NCBI GenBank assembly: GCA_045635565.1
Contig: JAZTVX010000044.1
Location: 8,261-72,260 of the forward strand
Direction of reading: 5' to 3'
Origin: Alphaproteobacteria bacterium
GTDB taxonomy: Bacteria > Pseudomonadota > Alphaproteobacteria > CAAHEQ01 > UBA3637
DNA length: 64,000 bases
Within the stretch, counting starts at the first letter, position 1, and every line of letters begins with the position of its first letter. The notes under the pieces were generated by a model. That model had not been told where the DNA came from, ran no database searches, and saw nothing but the letters and a program-made list of their open reading frames with translations. Positions 28,986 through 38,155 of this stretch are shown piece by piece. The position numbers were made by a program, and so were the translations under genes.

Positions 28986-29741
28986 TTATTTTGCATACAG
29001 CGTTTCAATGCCGTTTTGTTCAAGTATTTGAGCCAATTTGTCAATGAGTGTTCGGCTGGGTTCTGGTGTGTTTTCCAATGGATAAGGAATGTTAAGTTGT
29101 TTCCATTTATAAACGCCACTTTGATGATATGGTAAAATTTCAACCAATTCAACGTTGGGATATTGTTTTACAAAATCAGCGTACATTTGTGCGTAATCTT
29201 CCGTGTCATTGAAATGAGGAACGACAACCCATCGTATCCATGTCGGTATATGTTCCTTTTTTAAATATTCCAAAAAGTCAAGTGTTCGGTTGTTAGGTAA
29301 TCCGGTCAGTTTTTTATGTTCGGCTGATGCTAAATGTTTTACGTCTAACATAACCAAATCGACATGTTCCAACAACTTGACGGTTGTTTCGTCAATATCG
29401 GTTGTGCCAGCCGTGTCAATAGCAATATGAATGCCTTGCTTTTTTAATTCGGTAAATATCGGTAACAGGGCTTTTTTTTGTAATAATGGTTCTCCACCGG
29501 AAAATGTGACACCACCGTTTGAAAAATGCATAAAGTTTTCGTATTTAAGAATTTCTTTCACCATTTCTTTGGCAGAAATCGTTCTGCCACCATGCACATC
29601 CCATGTGTCCGGATTGTGGCAGTATTGACACCGAAGTGGACATCCTTGTGTAAATACAACAAACCGTATCCCCGGACCATCCACCGTTCCGGCACTTTCA
29701 AATGAATGAATACGCAATAATGTTGTATTTAAACTTTCCAT
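28986..29741 (-). CDS. pflA: pyruvate formate-lyase activating enzyme (radical SAM)
   Basis: SFESAGTVDGPGIRFVVFTQGCPLRCQYCHNPDTW (CxxxCxxC). AGGAG precedes ATG 29741. Confidence 0.9.
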   Translation of the reverse strand: MESLNTTLLRIHSFESAGTVDGPGIRFVVFTQGCPLRCQYCHNPDTWDVHGGRTISAKEMVKEILKYENFMHFSNGGVTFSGGEPLLQKKALLPIFTELKKQGIHIAIDTAGTTDIDETTVKLLEHVDLVMLDVKHLASAEHKKLTGLPNNRTLDFLEYLKKEHIPTWIRWVVVPHFNDTEDYAQMYADFVKQYPNVELVEILPYHQSGVYKWKQLNIPYPLENTPEPSRTLIDKLAQILEQNGIETLYAK

Positions 29742-29846
29742 AAAATAACTCCTGATATACAATTTATAAACATCAATTGATGTATTGGTTTTTACATTTA
29801 TTTTTGTTTTTTGTCAAGACGGGTTATCTGTTAATAACAAAAACGT

Positions 29847-30365
29847 CTATTTTGACGATAAGCATGTATTTAAAAATGCACCGATTTGTTCTTCTGTCGT
29901 GAATGAAACGACACGGCTTGCCATATCATTATAATGTGCTTCCTCTCCTGTATAAAGAGGTTGACAGGTTGTTCGTAATTTAAAAAAGTAATCGCCGACA
30001 TATGTAACATAAACTTGTTCAACATAGGGATGATTATCTGATAATTCCTGAAGCATTTGCTGTTCCGCTTTCGCTTGTTCTTCGGCAATATTTGTTGCTG
30101 AAACGGTTTTTAGTCCCATATTATATACAAAAACAGTTACATGACATGTTTGATTGACATACAATTGACTATAACCGTAGCCGGGATGTTGACTTTCAAA
30201 ATCGAGTAATCCGTCTGCCTGTTTTTGTAAAGCATCTTTGATGTGAATAAACGTAACACGAGGAGGTAGTTCTTTCATGCACTGTTTTAGTTCTTTACTT
30301 TCTGCTGGACCTATTGTGCCCAAAAATATGAAAATGAGAAAAATTATGAATCCTGTTTTGTGCAT
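29847..30365 (-). CDS. exported hypothetical protein
   Basis: 172 aa with an N-terminal signal peptide ([18 protein letters not shown]). Its start overlaps the uvrA stop by 22 nt. Confidence 0.5.
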   Translation of the reverse strand: MHKTGFIIFLIFIFLGTIGPAESKELKQCMKELPPRVTFIHIKDALQKQADGLLDFESQHPGYGYSQLYVNQTCHVTVFVYNMGLKTVSATNIAEEQAKAEQQMLQELSDNHPYVEQVYVTYVGDYFFKLRTTCQPLYTGEEAHYNDMASRVVSFTTEEQIGAFLNTCLSSK

Positions 30366-33169
30366 GGTGTTTCCTTTTCAAAAATTGATTTTAAATATTG
30401 TCCTGTATAACTTTGAGGGACTTGTGCAATTTCTTCGGGTGTGCCTTGAGCAATGATTTGACCGCCGTTATCGCCACCTTCCGGTCCCATATCAATAATA
30501 TAATCGGATGCTTTGATGACATCTAAATTATGTTCAATGACAACAACCGTATTTCCGTTATTGACAAGCGTGTGTAAGATATCCAACAAACGGTGAATAT
30601 CGGCAAAATGCAGTCCTGTGGTCGGTTCATCTAAAATGTAAAGTGTTTTTCCGTACCCTTGACGGGATAATTCTTTTGCTAATTTTATTCGTTGTGCCTC
30701 ACCTCCGGATAAGGTAATAGATGATTGACCTAAACTGATATACCCTAATCCGACTTTTCGGAGTAATTGACATTTTTCATGTATTGATGAAATATGTTTA
30801 AAAAATTCAGAGGCTTCGTCAACAGACATATCTAATACATCAGCAATGGATTTGCCCCGATATAAGATTTCCAGTGTTTCACGATTATAACGTTTTCCGT
30901 TACAGACATCACATGTCACATAAATATCCGGTAAAAAGTGCATTTCTACCTTAATAACTCCTTCTCCGGCACATTTTTCACATCGACCGCCATTAACATT
31001 AAATGAAAAGCGACCAGGTTTATATCCTCTGATTTGTGATTCAGGTAAGCCGGCATACCAATCACGAATGCTACTCATAATACCGGTATATGTTGCCGGA
31101 TTTGAACGAGGTGTTCGGCCGATGGGAGTTTGGTCAATATTGATGACTTTTATTAAATGTCCGCTACCATGAAGTGTTTTAAAAGGAACAAATTGTTCCG
31201 AGGCATGATTGACGAGGGTATGCAAAGCAGGGAATAATGTTTCCATAATCAATGAAGATTTGCCACTACCACTCACTCCTGTGACGCAAGTTAATGTTCC
31301 TAACGGGATTTTAATATCGACATTTTTCAGATTGTTAAGGGTTGCTCCTGTCAAATGAAGTTTTTTGCCTGTTCCGATACGTCGGACGGCCGGAATTGGA
31401 ATTTGACGTTTGCCTGACAAATACTGACCGGTAATGGATTGATTGTTTTTTATGATTTCTTCCGGTGTGCCGTGAGCAATCACATAACCACCGTTTTGTC
31501 CGCCACATGGTCCGATATCAAAAATATAATCGGCATCACGCATGGCTTCTTCATCGTGTTCAACCACAATGACGGTATTACCTAAATCACGCAAATATTT
31601 GAGTGTGTTTAACAGTTTGCTGTTATCTCGTTGGTGTAATCCGATGGAGGGCTCATCCAAAACATACAATACGCCGGTTAAACCTGAGCCGATTTGGCTG
31701 GCTAAACGAATGCGTTGGGCTTCCCCACCGGATAGTGAACCACTTTGTCTGTCCAATGTCAAATATTCTAAACCAACATTACATAAAAATTTTAAGCGTT
31801 CACAAATCTCATATATAATACGATCAGAAATAGTTTTTTCCATATCCGTTAAACACGCAGGTAATTCGGAAAACCATTTGAGTGCTTCTTTAATGGATAG
31901 ATGTGTTATATCAGAAATGTTTTTGTCGGCTATTTTGACACTTAAAGCCTCTTGATTTAAACGCTGCCCGTGACATTTCGGACAAGCGCGTATCAATTGA
32001 TAGCGTGATATCTCGGTTTGCAACCATTCGGATTCCGTTTCCAAAAAACGTCGTTCCATATTTGGAATAACACCTTCAAATTTATCTTTTCCATATAAAA
32101 TAGCGTGTTGCGTTTTCAAATCTAATAGATGCCATGGTTTTTTTACATCAATATGAAGATGTTCATACATAGAACGTTGAATGGAAGAATGCCAACAAAA
32201 AATTTCACTGCTACTATTTTTCCACGGTGCAATGGCACCTTGTTGAATGGATAATCGTTTATCCGGTATAACCAATTGAGGATCAATTTTGAGTTTGTAC
32301 CCTAAACCAGTGCAATCGGGACAGGCTCCATGTGCACTATTGAAGGAAAATAAGCGTGGTTCTAAAGCCGGTATGTGAAAACCGCTTATTGGACAGGCAT
32401 ATTTTGATGATAATAAATCATTTTTATGTGTTTCCAGATTTTCCAGCAAAACAAGGCCATCCGCTAAATTAAGTGACTTTTCAATTGATTCGGCAATGCG
32501 AGCCTGAATGTTTGGACGAATAATGACGCGGTCAATGACAAGGGAAACGCTATTTTTTCTGCGTTTATCAATCCGTTTGATACTATCCAATTCGACATAT
32601 TTGTTATTCAGTTTAACACGACTGTATCCTTTTTGTATCCAAGAATCAAACAGTTCATGGTACTCCGGAATATTTGTATCCGGTTTATGCATTTCGGCAC
32701 GAATAATGGGAGCCATGATAATCAGTTTCGTTCCTTCCGGATAAGACATGACTTTATCAACCATTTGTGCCACGGATAACGCACGAATGGGCTTGTTGGT
32801 AACCGGTGAATACGGGATACCGATGCGAGCCCATAAGACACGCATATAATCATATAATTCCGTTATAGTTCCAACAGTTGAACGGGGGTTGTTTGATGTT
32901 GTTTTTTGTTCGATAGATATGGCAGGTGATAAACCTTCAATTAAATCAACGTTCGGTTTTTTCATTAAATCCAAAAATTGTCGGGCATAGACAGAAAGAC
33001 TTTCGACATAACGTCGCTGTCCTTCGGCAAAAATAGTATCAAAGGCCAAAGATGACTTGCCCGAACCGGATACTCCTGTAATAACGACTAACTTTTCACG
33101 GGGAATATCGACATCGATGTTTTTAAGATTATGTTCCCGAGCCCCACGAACACGTATAAATTTTTTCAT
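30344..33169 (-). CDS. uvrA: excinuclease ABC subunit A
   Basis: Two GVSGSGKSS Walker A sites, zinc modules CPDC, CPKC...GQR and CEKCAGEG...CDVCNGKR, and two LSGGEAQR signatures. 941 aa. Confidence 0.95.
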   Translation of the reverse strand: MKKFIRVRGAREHNLKNIDVDIPREKLVVITGVSGSGKSSLAFDTIFAEGQRRYVESLSVYARQFLDLMKKPNVDLIEGLSPAISIEQKTTSNNPRSTVGTITELYDYMRVLWARIGIPYSPVTNKPIRALSVAQMVDKVMSYPEGTKLIIMAPIIRAEMHKPDTNIPEYHELFDSWIQKGYSRVKLNNKYVELDSIKRIDKRRKNSVSLVIDRVIIRPNIQARIAESIEKSLNLADGLVLLENLETHKNDLLSSKYACPISGFHIPALEPRLFSFNSAHGACPDCTGLGYKLKIDPQLVIPDKRLSIQQGAIAPWKNSSSEIFCWHSSIQRSMYEHLHIDVKKPWHLLDLKTQHAILYGKDKFEGVIPNMERRFLETESEWLQTEISRYQLIRACPKCHGQRLNQEALSVKIADKNISDITHLSIKEALKWFSELPACLTDMEKTISDRIIYEICERLKFLCNVGLEYLTLDRQSGSLSGGEAQRIRLASQIGSGLTGVLYVLDEPSIGLHQRDNSKLLNTLKYLRDLGNTVIVVEHDEEAMRDADYIFDIGPCGGQNGGYVIAHGTPEEIIKNNQSITGQYLSGKRQIPIPAVRRIGTGKKLHLTGATLNNLKNVDIKIPLGTLTCVTGVSGSGKSSLIMETLFPALHTLVNHASEQFVPFKTLHGSGHLIKVINIDQTPIGRTPRSNPATYTGIMSSIRDWYAGLPESQIRGYKPGRFSFNVNGGRCEKCAGEGVIKVEMHFLPDIYVTCDVCNGKRYNRETLEILYRGKSIADVLDMSVDEASEFFKHISSIHEKCQLLRKVGLGYISLGQSSITLSGGEAQRIKLAKELSRQGYGKTLYILDEPTTGLHFADIHRLLDILHTLVNNGNTVVVIEHNLDVIKASDYIIDMGPEGGDNGGQIIAQGTPEEIAQVPQSYTGQYLKSIFEKETPCTKQDS

Positions 33170-33266
33170 TTGTACCTTTCTTCGTTCCTGTTCAGCATTA
33201 TCTTATCATTAACGAAATGAAAAAACAACCCCTTTTTTTTGATGTGTAAGAAGTGTTAAAAAATAA

Positions 33267-33294
33267 TTGACAAAAACTAAAAATGTGATAAAAT
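33267..33294 (+). promoter_or_regulatory. candidate extended -10 promoter
   Basis: TTGACA (33267-33272), 16-nt spacer, TG-A-TAAAAT (-10 at 33289-33294). It overlaps the ATG at 33293, which argues for the start at 33314. Confidence 0.5.
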
Positions 33295-33313
33295 GCGTCA
33301 AGAAAGGAAAAAA

Positions 33314-34396
33314 ATGTCTGATTCAAAAATGCCCATTTTATTTGAACCTCTTGATACAACGATTAAACAAGCGTATTATTTGAAAAAGTTATATGATATT
33401 TGTCCTGATGCAGATATGTTTGATGTATTTGGTCGTGGTCGGGAAATGCATTCCATTGATTATTTATCGCATATTATGGAAATACAATTGCGATATAAGC
33501 AAATCGGTTGTTGTGCTTTTTTTGTTTTTCAAGGAGAACAACCGAGTGGTTTTGTAACCGCTATTCCTGTTCGTGATGAAACACATTTAAAAGAATATGC
33601 TTTGCATATGGTCTTGTCTGATAAATCTTTGCTTAATGATGTTAATAAGGCCTTTCAGATGAATGTTTCTAAACTGTTATCAGGTAAAATGACACGGACT
33701 GAACCTGTTCATGTTTTTACACCGGCGTGTGGTGAAAGTGTTTTGCCGTTATATCGGTTGCCATTTGATATGCGGGCTACGGCTGGCGATTCGTTTTTGT
33801 CGTGTTTGTCTAAAACATTACCGAATAAAATAGTAGTTGATACGGATGTGATGCTTAATCGATTATCCGTGAATGACAAAACAAGCGAATTGGTTTTTAA
33901 TCTGTTTGAACGTAATCGTTATTTGGCGAATAAATATTTAATCGGTTTATCTTCATCATGTTCCGATGTAGAAAAAACAAAATCGTTTTTAGGTGGAAAA
34001 ACACAAGTTCACCAAGGGAGATTGTCTGTTTTTTATGGTTTGTATTATTGTTCGGAATTAGTTGGATTGATTGAGTGGTCGTGTCGGGGGTGTGATGCAA
34101 CTGTTAATTTAATGATAGATGAACGATGTACCGGAAAAGGGTATGGTAGCGAGGTATTACGGCTAACTGAACGGGAATTTTTCATGAGAGGTGTGCAAAA
34201 TATTTTCATGGAATGTAATATGCAAAATGATGGGGCTGTTTCTGTTTTGAATCATAATCGATATGTTTTTGAAGATAATGATATGGCGGACGGTTTTTAC
34301 TATTATCATAAAACATTGGAAAATTATAATGCCGGTCGGGTTGTAAATAGTTCTTTGTTGAAAATGTGGCAACGTTGGCAAAATGAAAAAAAATAA
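33314..34396 (+). CDS. two-domain protein with C-terminal GNAT (RimJ/RimL-type) acetyltransferase fold
   Basis: The C-terminal half shows an Acetyltransf_3-like pattern (LVGLIEW...NLMIDERCTGKGYGSEVLRLTEREFF...IFMECNMQNDGAVSVLNHNRYVFE). The N-terminal half looks like a degenerate GNAT. Confidence 0.6.
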   Translation: MSDSKMPILFEPLDTTIKQAYYLKKLYDICPDADMFDVFGRGREMHSIDYLSHIMEIQLRYKQIGCCAFFVFQGEQPSGFVTAIPVRDETHLKEYALHMVLSDKSLLNDVNKAFQMNVSKLLSGKMTRTEPVHVFTPACGESVLPLYRLPFDMRATAGDSFLSCLSKTLPNKIVVDTDVMLNRLSVNDKTSELVFNLFERNRYLANKYLIGLSSSCSDVEKTKSFLGGKTQVHQGRLSVFYGLYYCSELVGLIEWSCRGCDATVNLMIDERCTGKGYGSEVLRLTEREFFMRGVQNIFMECNMQNDGAVSVLNHNRYVFEDNDMADGFYYYHKTLENYNAGRVVNSSLLKMWQRWQNEKK

Positions 34397-34716
34397 GATT
34401 TGTGCTTGACTTGTTATTTAGGGCATGCTATCCTAATAGCATGTTAAATGAATGGATACAGATTTCAATGTTTTTTAAACCTGCTCAATTGAGTCGGTAT
34501 TTTTCTGTATCTTATACATATTTTTATTATTACTTTAAAGGCTTTTTGGGTTATCGATTTAGCAACTTTTAATTTGTTTATCGTTTTAACCTTTTATCCA
34601 AATAGCCTTTATATTGAATGATTATTTTAGTTTTATCTTTTATTGTTTTTTTTAGTAACTTCCGAGGAATATTGTTTTCGGTGGGTGTTTTTTGATGTGA
34701 AAAAGGAGAGTGTGTT

Positions 34717-35373
34717 ATGATTCAATTTCAAGATAATTTAATGGATACAAAACGAGGGATTTTGTTATCAACGGATATTATGGATAAAGACGGTGTTATA
34801 ACAAATTTATCCCGTCGGGCTGATTTTATTACAAAAACATTGAATGATAAAAATGCTATTCATTTTCCGATTGACGCACCAGGGACTAAACTTGAAACGC
34901 CTTTAATGGCAATTGCCTGGTTATTTGCGAATAATAAAATGCGTCAAACGGGCGAACGGATAACATATTTTGCTTATGATTCTGACAAAACATGTTTGGG
35001 AATTGTGACGGCTACTTCGGATGGACAGGGGAATTATTTTATTGCACAAACAGTTGATAAACGACGGTATGATGCACAATGTGCCATGATTGAATTGGTT
35101 GAACATATGTTAATGAAGCAACCGGAAGTTCGTTCTATCAATATTGAAGTTGATTTTTACGCGCTTGATACCATGCGTCACTACAATGTTAGAAAACTGG
35201 GTTATAAAGAGAGCCGTATCGAGCATGAATCGTGTTTGGGTTTGGGTAAAATGAATTTTATTGTTTATACAAAACAAAATCCGATGAATCATCCTGTGCG
35301 TGTACAAAGTGCCTGCTTGCGAACAGCGGCTTCGTTGCGTTCATACAGACAAAATCAACCACAGTATGCCTAA
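34717..35373 (+). CDS. hypothetical protein, degenerate GNAT-like fold
   Basis: AAGGAGAG precedes the ATG. YFAYDSDKTCLGIVTATSDGQ resembles FFVFQGEQPSGFVTAIPVRDE of the preceding protein. The C-terminal NIEVDFYALDTMRHYNVRKLGYKE is GNAT-like but lacks a clear acetyl-CoA loop. Confidence 0.45.
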   Translation: MIQFQDNLMDTKRGILLSTDIMDKDGVITNLSRRADFITKTLNDKNAIHFPIDAPGTKLETPLMAIAWLFANNKMRQTGERITYFAYDSDKTCLGIVTATSDGQGNYFIAQTVDKRRYDAQCAMIELVEHMLMKQPEVRSINIEVDFYALDTMRHYNVRKLGYKESRIEHESCLGLGKMNFIVYTKQNPMNHPVRVQSACLRTAASLRSYRQNQPQYA

Positions 35374-36073
35374 AAAATGTGTTCAGTATGTATTAGATGA
35401 TATTGCTCGGTTGTTGACAACATTATCTGATGAAAAATATCGGTTATTTTCGGCTCGTTTGTTACCGGCCGAAACACCATTGGTGGGTGTCAGATTACCG
35501 ATTTTACGTCAAATTGCCCGACAAGGTGTTTTAAATGAGGGGATATCTTTTTTAAATCGATTAACGGATAAAACGTTTGAAGAAAAAATGATGTCCGGTT
35601 TTGTAATCGGGTATGCTTCGTTGACGATTACTGAAAAAATACCGTATATTAAAAATCATTTAAAAAAGGTCGATAATTGGTCATTGTGTGATAGTTTTTG
35701 TGCTACATTTTGTTTGTCTGAAATTGAAAAAGAGGAATTGTTTCCTTTTTTGCAAGATTGTTTAACATCCGATTTAGAATACATCGTTCGTTTTGGTATT
35801 GTCATGATGTTGATGTATTATACCAAACAATCAGATATTGATATCTGTTTGAAATTATTTGAAACAGTGAAACATAACGGGTATTATGTTCATATGGCGT
35901 TGGCTTGGGCAATTAGTGCTTATTATGTTCTTTATCCTAATAAAATGAACCTTTTTTTACAAGACAATCAATTGGATAAATTTGTTCAAAACAAAGCCAT
36001 TCAAAAAATACGAGAATCAAACAATGTACCGTTATCAGATAAAACATTTGTTTTAAAATATAAAAAATGTTGA
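35366..36073 (+). CDS. DNA alkylation repair protein (AlkD/HEAT-like repeat family)
   Basis: Start MPKKCVQYVLDDIARLL. Contains LPILRQIA and the family motif VDNWSLCDSFC. About 235 aa. It overlaps the previous stop by 8 nt. Confidence 0.7.
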   Translation: MPKKCVQYVLDDIARLLTTLSDEKYRLFSARLLPAETPLVGVRLPILRQIARQGVLNEGISFLNRLTDKTFEEKMMSGFVIGYASLTITEKIPYIKNHLKKVDNWSLCDSFCATFCLSEIEKEELFPFLQDCLTSDLEYIVRFGIVMMLMYYTKQSDIDICLKLFETVKHNGYYVHMALAWAISAYYVLYPNKMNLFLQDNQLDKFVQNKAIQKIRESNNVPLSDKTFVLKYKKC

Positions 36074-36091
36074 TAAAGACGTGTAAAGCAC

Positions 36092-36120
36092 TTGACATTT
36101 TTATCAAATTTTGATATACA
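36092..36120 (+). promoter_or_regulatory. rpsD promoter
   Basis: TTGACA (36092-36097), 17-nt spacer, TATACA (36115-36120). Confidence 0.55.
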
Positions 36121-36224
36121 GGAACTCTATTCTCTGAGAATGTGGATGATAACAAAAGGTTATTGTCACGCTTTGATGTCTGTATCAAAGACTATCGGAG
36201 ACAACAACAAGAAAGGAAAATAAT

Positions 36225-36839
36225 ATGTCTAAAAGATTAAGTTCAAAATTTAAAATTGACCGTCGTTTAGGGGTCAACTTGTGGGGCAAAGCAAAAAGTC
36301 CGGTTGAAAAAAGAAATTATGGTCCGGGTCAACACGGTGCAAATCGTAAAAAACCGACTGACTACGGTATCCAATTGCATGCCAAACAAAAATTAAAAGG
36401 TGTTTATGGTAACGTTTCTGAAAAACAATTGCGTAAATACTATGCTGAAGCCGTTCGTCGTAAAGGTGACAGTTCTGAAAACTTAATCGGTATTTTGGAA
36501 ACACGTTTAGATTCAATTGTTTATAGAATGAAAATTGTTCCATCCGTATTTGCGGCTCGTCAATTTGTTAATCACGGACATGTTTTGGTTAACGGTAAAC
36601 GGGTTAATATTCCGTCTTATTTAGTTAAAGCCGGTGATGAAATTTCTATCACAAACAAAGCAAAAGACATGGCTATCGTCATTGAATCTTTGGCTTCTAC
36701 AGAACGTGAAGTTCCTGAATATATGGAATTTGATGCAAAAGCCTGTACAGGTAAATTCATTCGTGTTCCGCAATTGGCTGATGTGCCGTATGCAACGCAA
36801 ATGGAACCGAATTTGGTTATCGAATTCTACTCTCGTTAA
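36225..36839 (+). CDS. rpsD: 30S ribosomal protein S4
   Basis: [38 protein letters not shown]..., with an S4 RNA-binding domain ([39 protein letters not shown]). Confidence 0.97.
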   Translation: MSKRLSSKFKIDRRLGVNLWGKAKSPVEKRNYGPGQHGANRKKPTDYGIQLHAKQKLKGVYGNVSEKQLRKYYAEAVRRKGDSSENLIGILETRLDSIVYRMKIVPSVFAARQFVNHGHVLVNGKRVNIPSYLVKAGDEISITNKAKDMAIVIESLASTEREVPEYMEFDAKACTGKFIRVPQLADVPYATQMEPNLVIEFYSR

Positions 36840-36865
36840 TTTTGAAGCGAGATTGGTTCTTTGTG

Positions 36866-36894
36866 AAAGGGTGCCTGAAAAGGCACTCTTTTTT
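36866..36894 (+). terminator. rho-independent terminator of rpsD
   Basis: AGGGTGCC-TGAAAA-GGCACTCT followed by T6. Confidence 0.75.
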
Positions 36895-36904
36895 ATGAAT
36901 AGTC

Positions 36905-36933
36905 TTGACTTGAAGGAGTGTTTTTTGTACACT
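36905..36933 (+). promoter_or_regulatory. candidate promoter of the nucleotidase-kinase-phosphodiesterase cassette
   Basis: TTGACT (36905-36910), 17-nt spacer, TACACT (36928-36933). GTGGAG lies 5 nt before ATG 36952. Confidence 0.4.
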
Positions 36934-36951
36934 TTTGTGTGTGGAGTTACA

Positions 36952-37569
36952 ATGAAAACAATTTGTTATTTAGATATGGATGATGTATTGGCTGACTTTA
37001 ACCGTCAAGCATATCGATACATTCAATACGATTGCCGTGTGTTTAAAAATAAACCTTTTTGTGAATTAACTGATGAAGAACGGTTGATGCAGAAACGATT
37101 GTTTTCCGTTTGTGACTATGACGATACGTTTTGGCAGACTATGCCGATGAAATCAGGTGCATTGGATTTGTATCAATTGTGCCGTTCGGAATTTGATGAT
37201 GTTGTTTTATTATCAAAATTTGTTCCGCCAACACAACAGCCTCGTCGGTTTCGGGCTGTATCTTTTTTGAAATTGAAGTGGGCACATCATTTTTTATCAG
37301 AAGATGGACATTTGCCGAAAGTTGTCGTTATTGATGACGTGAAATCACTTTTGTTGCAAAATAGAAAAGATATATGTCAAATTTTGATTGATGACATGAT
37401 TCGTAATGTTTCTGACTGGCAGGAAAAAGGTGGTGTTGGTGTTTTATATCATGATAATCAACAAGTTATGCAAGAATTGATGCAAATTAAACATCATTTG
37501 TCCCAACAAGTGATACAGCACGATATGAATAGTTTTAAATTGAAAGGGTTTTCTCATGAAAAAGAGTAA
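36952..37569 (+). CDS. HAD-superfamily 5'(3')-deoxyribonucleotidase-like protein (NT5C family)
   Basis: N-terminal MKTICYLDMDDVLADF (DxDxV HAD motif I in the NT5C context) and a late IDD motif. The ORF track start at 36634 overlaps rpsD out of frame and is rejected. Confidence 0.65.
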   Translation: MKTICYLDMDDVLADFNRQAYRYIQYDCRVFKNKPFCELTDEERLMQKRLFSVCDYDDTFWQTMPMKSGALDLYQLCRSEFDDVVLLSKFVPPTQQPRRFRAVSFLKLKWAHHFLSEDGHLPKVVVIDDVKSLLLQNRKDICQILIDDMIRNVSDWQEKGGVGVLYHDNQQVMQELMQIKHHLSQQVIQHDMNSFKLKGFSHEKE

Positions 37570-38125
37570 CGATACAAAAAAATTTGTTATGCTTATTTTC
37601 GGGGCTCCTGCTTCGGGAAAATACACTATATCACAAAAAATTGCCGAACGGACACAGGCCGTTGTTTTGGACAATCATCATTTTAATAATGTGATTATGC
37701 CGTTTGTTGATATTGATAATCATAGCCTGCCGGATATTTGTTTAGCAACATATCAAATTCGCACGTTGTTTTTGGATGTTGTTAAAAAACATTATAAAAA
37801 ACAAGAAAGTCATTCCTATGTTTTTACGAATGTTTTGCTTGATGATGCGATGGATTATGCTGCTTTTGATGAATTGGTATCATTTGCAAAAGACATTGAT
37901 GCTGTTTTTATTCCGGTTGAACTATGTTGTCGGGAAGATGTATTATGCCATCGGGTTACAGATGTTCAACGGGCAGAACGGTTTAAGTTGACGGATAAAG
38001 ATATTTTGAAATCATTTTTGGAAACACATAAAATGGCAACTATCAAACATGATAATTTAATTCGCATTGATGTTTCTGATAAAACAGCAGAAGAGGTGAC
38101 AGATTTGATTTGTCAATTCATTTGA
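37556..38125 (+). CDS. P-loop kinase-like protein (AAA_33 / small-molecule or nucleotide kinase fold)
   Basis: Walker A FGAPASGKYT near the N-terminus, 189 aa. It overlaps the upstream gene by 14 nt. Confidence 0.55.
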   Translation: MKKSNDTKKFVMLIFGAPASGKYTISQKIAERTQAVVLDNHHFNNVIMPFVDIDNHSLPDICLATYQIRTLFLDVVKKHYKKQESHSYVFTNVLLDDAMDYAAFDELVSFAKDIDAVFIPVELCCREDVLCHRVTDVQRAERFKLTDKDILKSFLETHKMATIKHDNLIRIDVSDKTAEEVTDLICQFI

Positions 38126-38155
38126 TGCTTATTTAATTGAACAGAGGGTAACCAT

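Noticed and set aside
34441-34572. Small 43-aa ORF (MLNEWIQISMFF...) in the spacer between the GNAT-like genes
   Set aside because: It has no SD and an aromatic-rich composition typical of AT-rich noncoding DNA. Nothing supports translation.
36634-36951. Upstream extension of the nucleotidase ORF (track start 36634)
   Set aside because: It overlaps rpsD in another frame and runs through the rpsD terminator. The SD and the conserved DMDDV N-terminus support ATG 36952.
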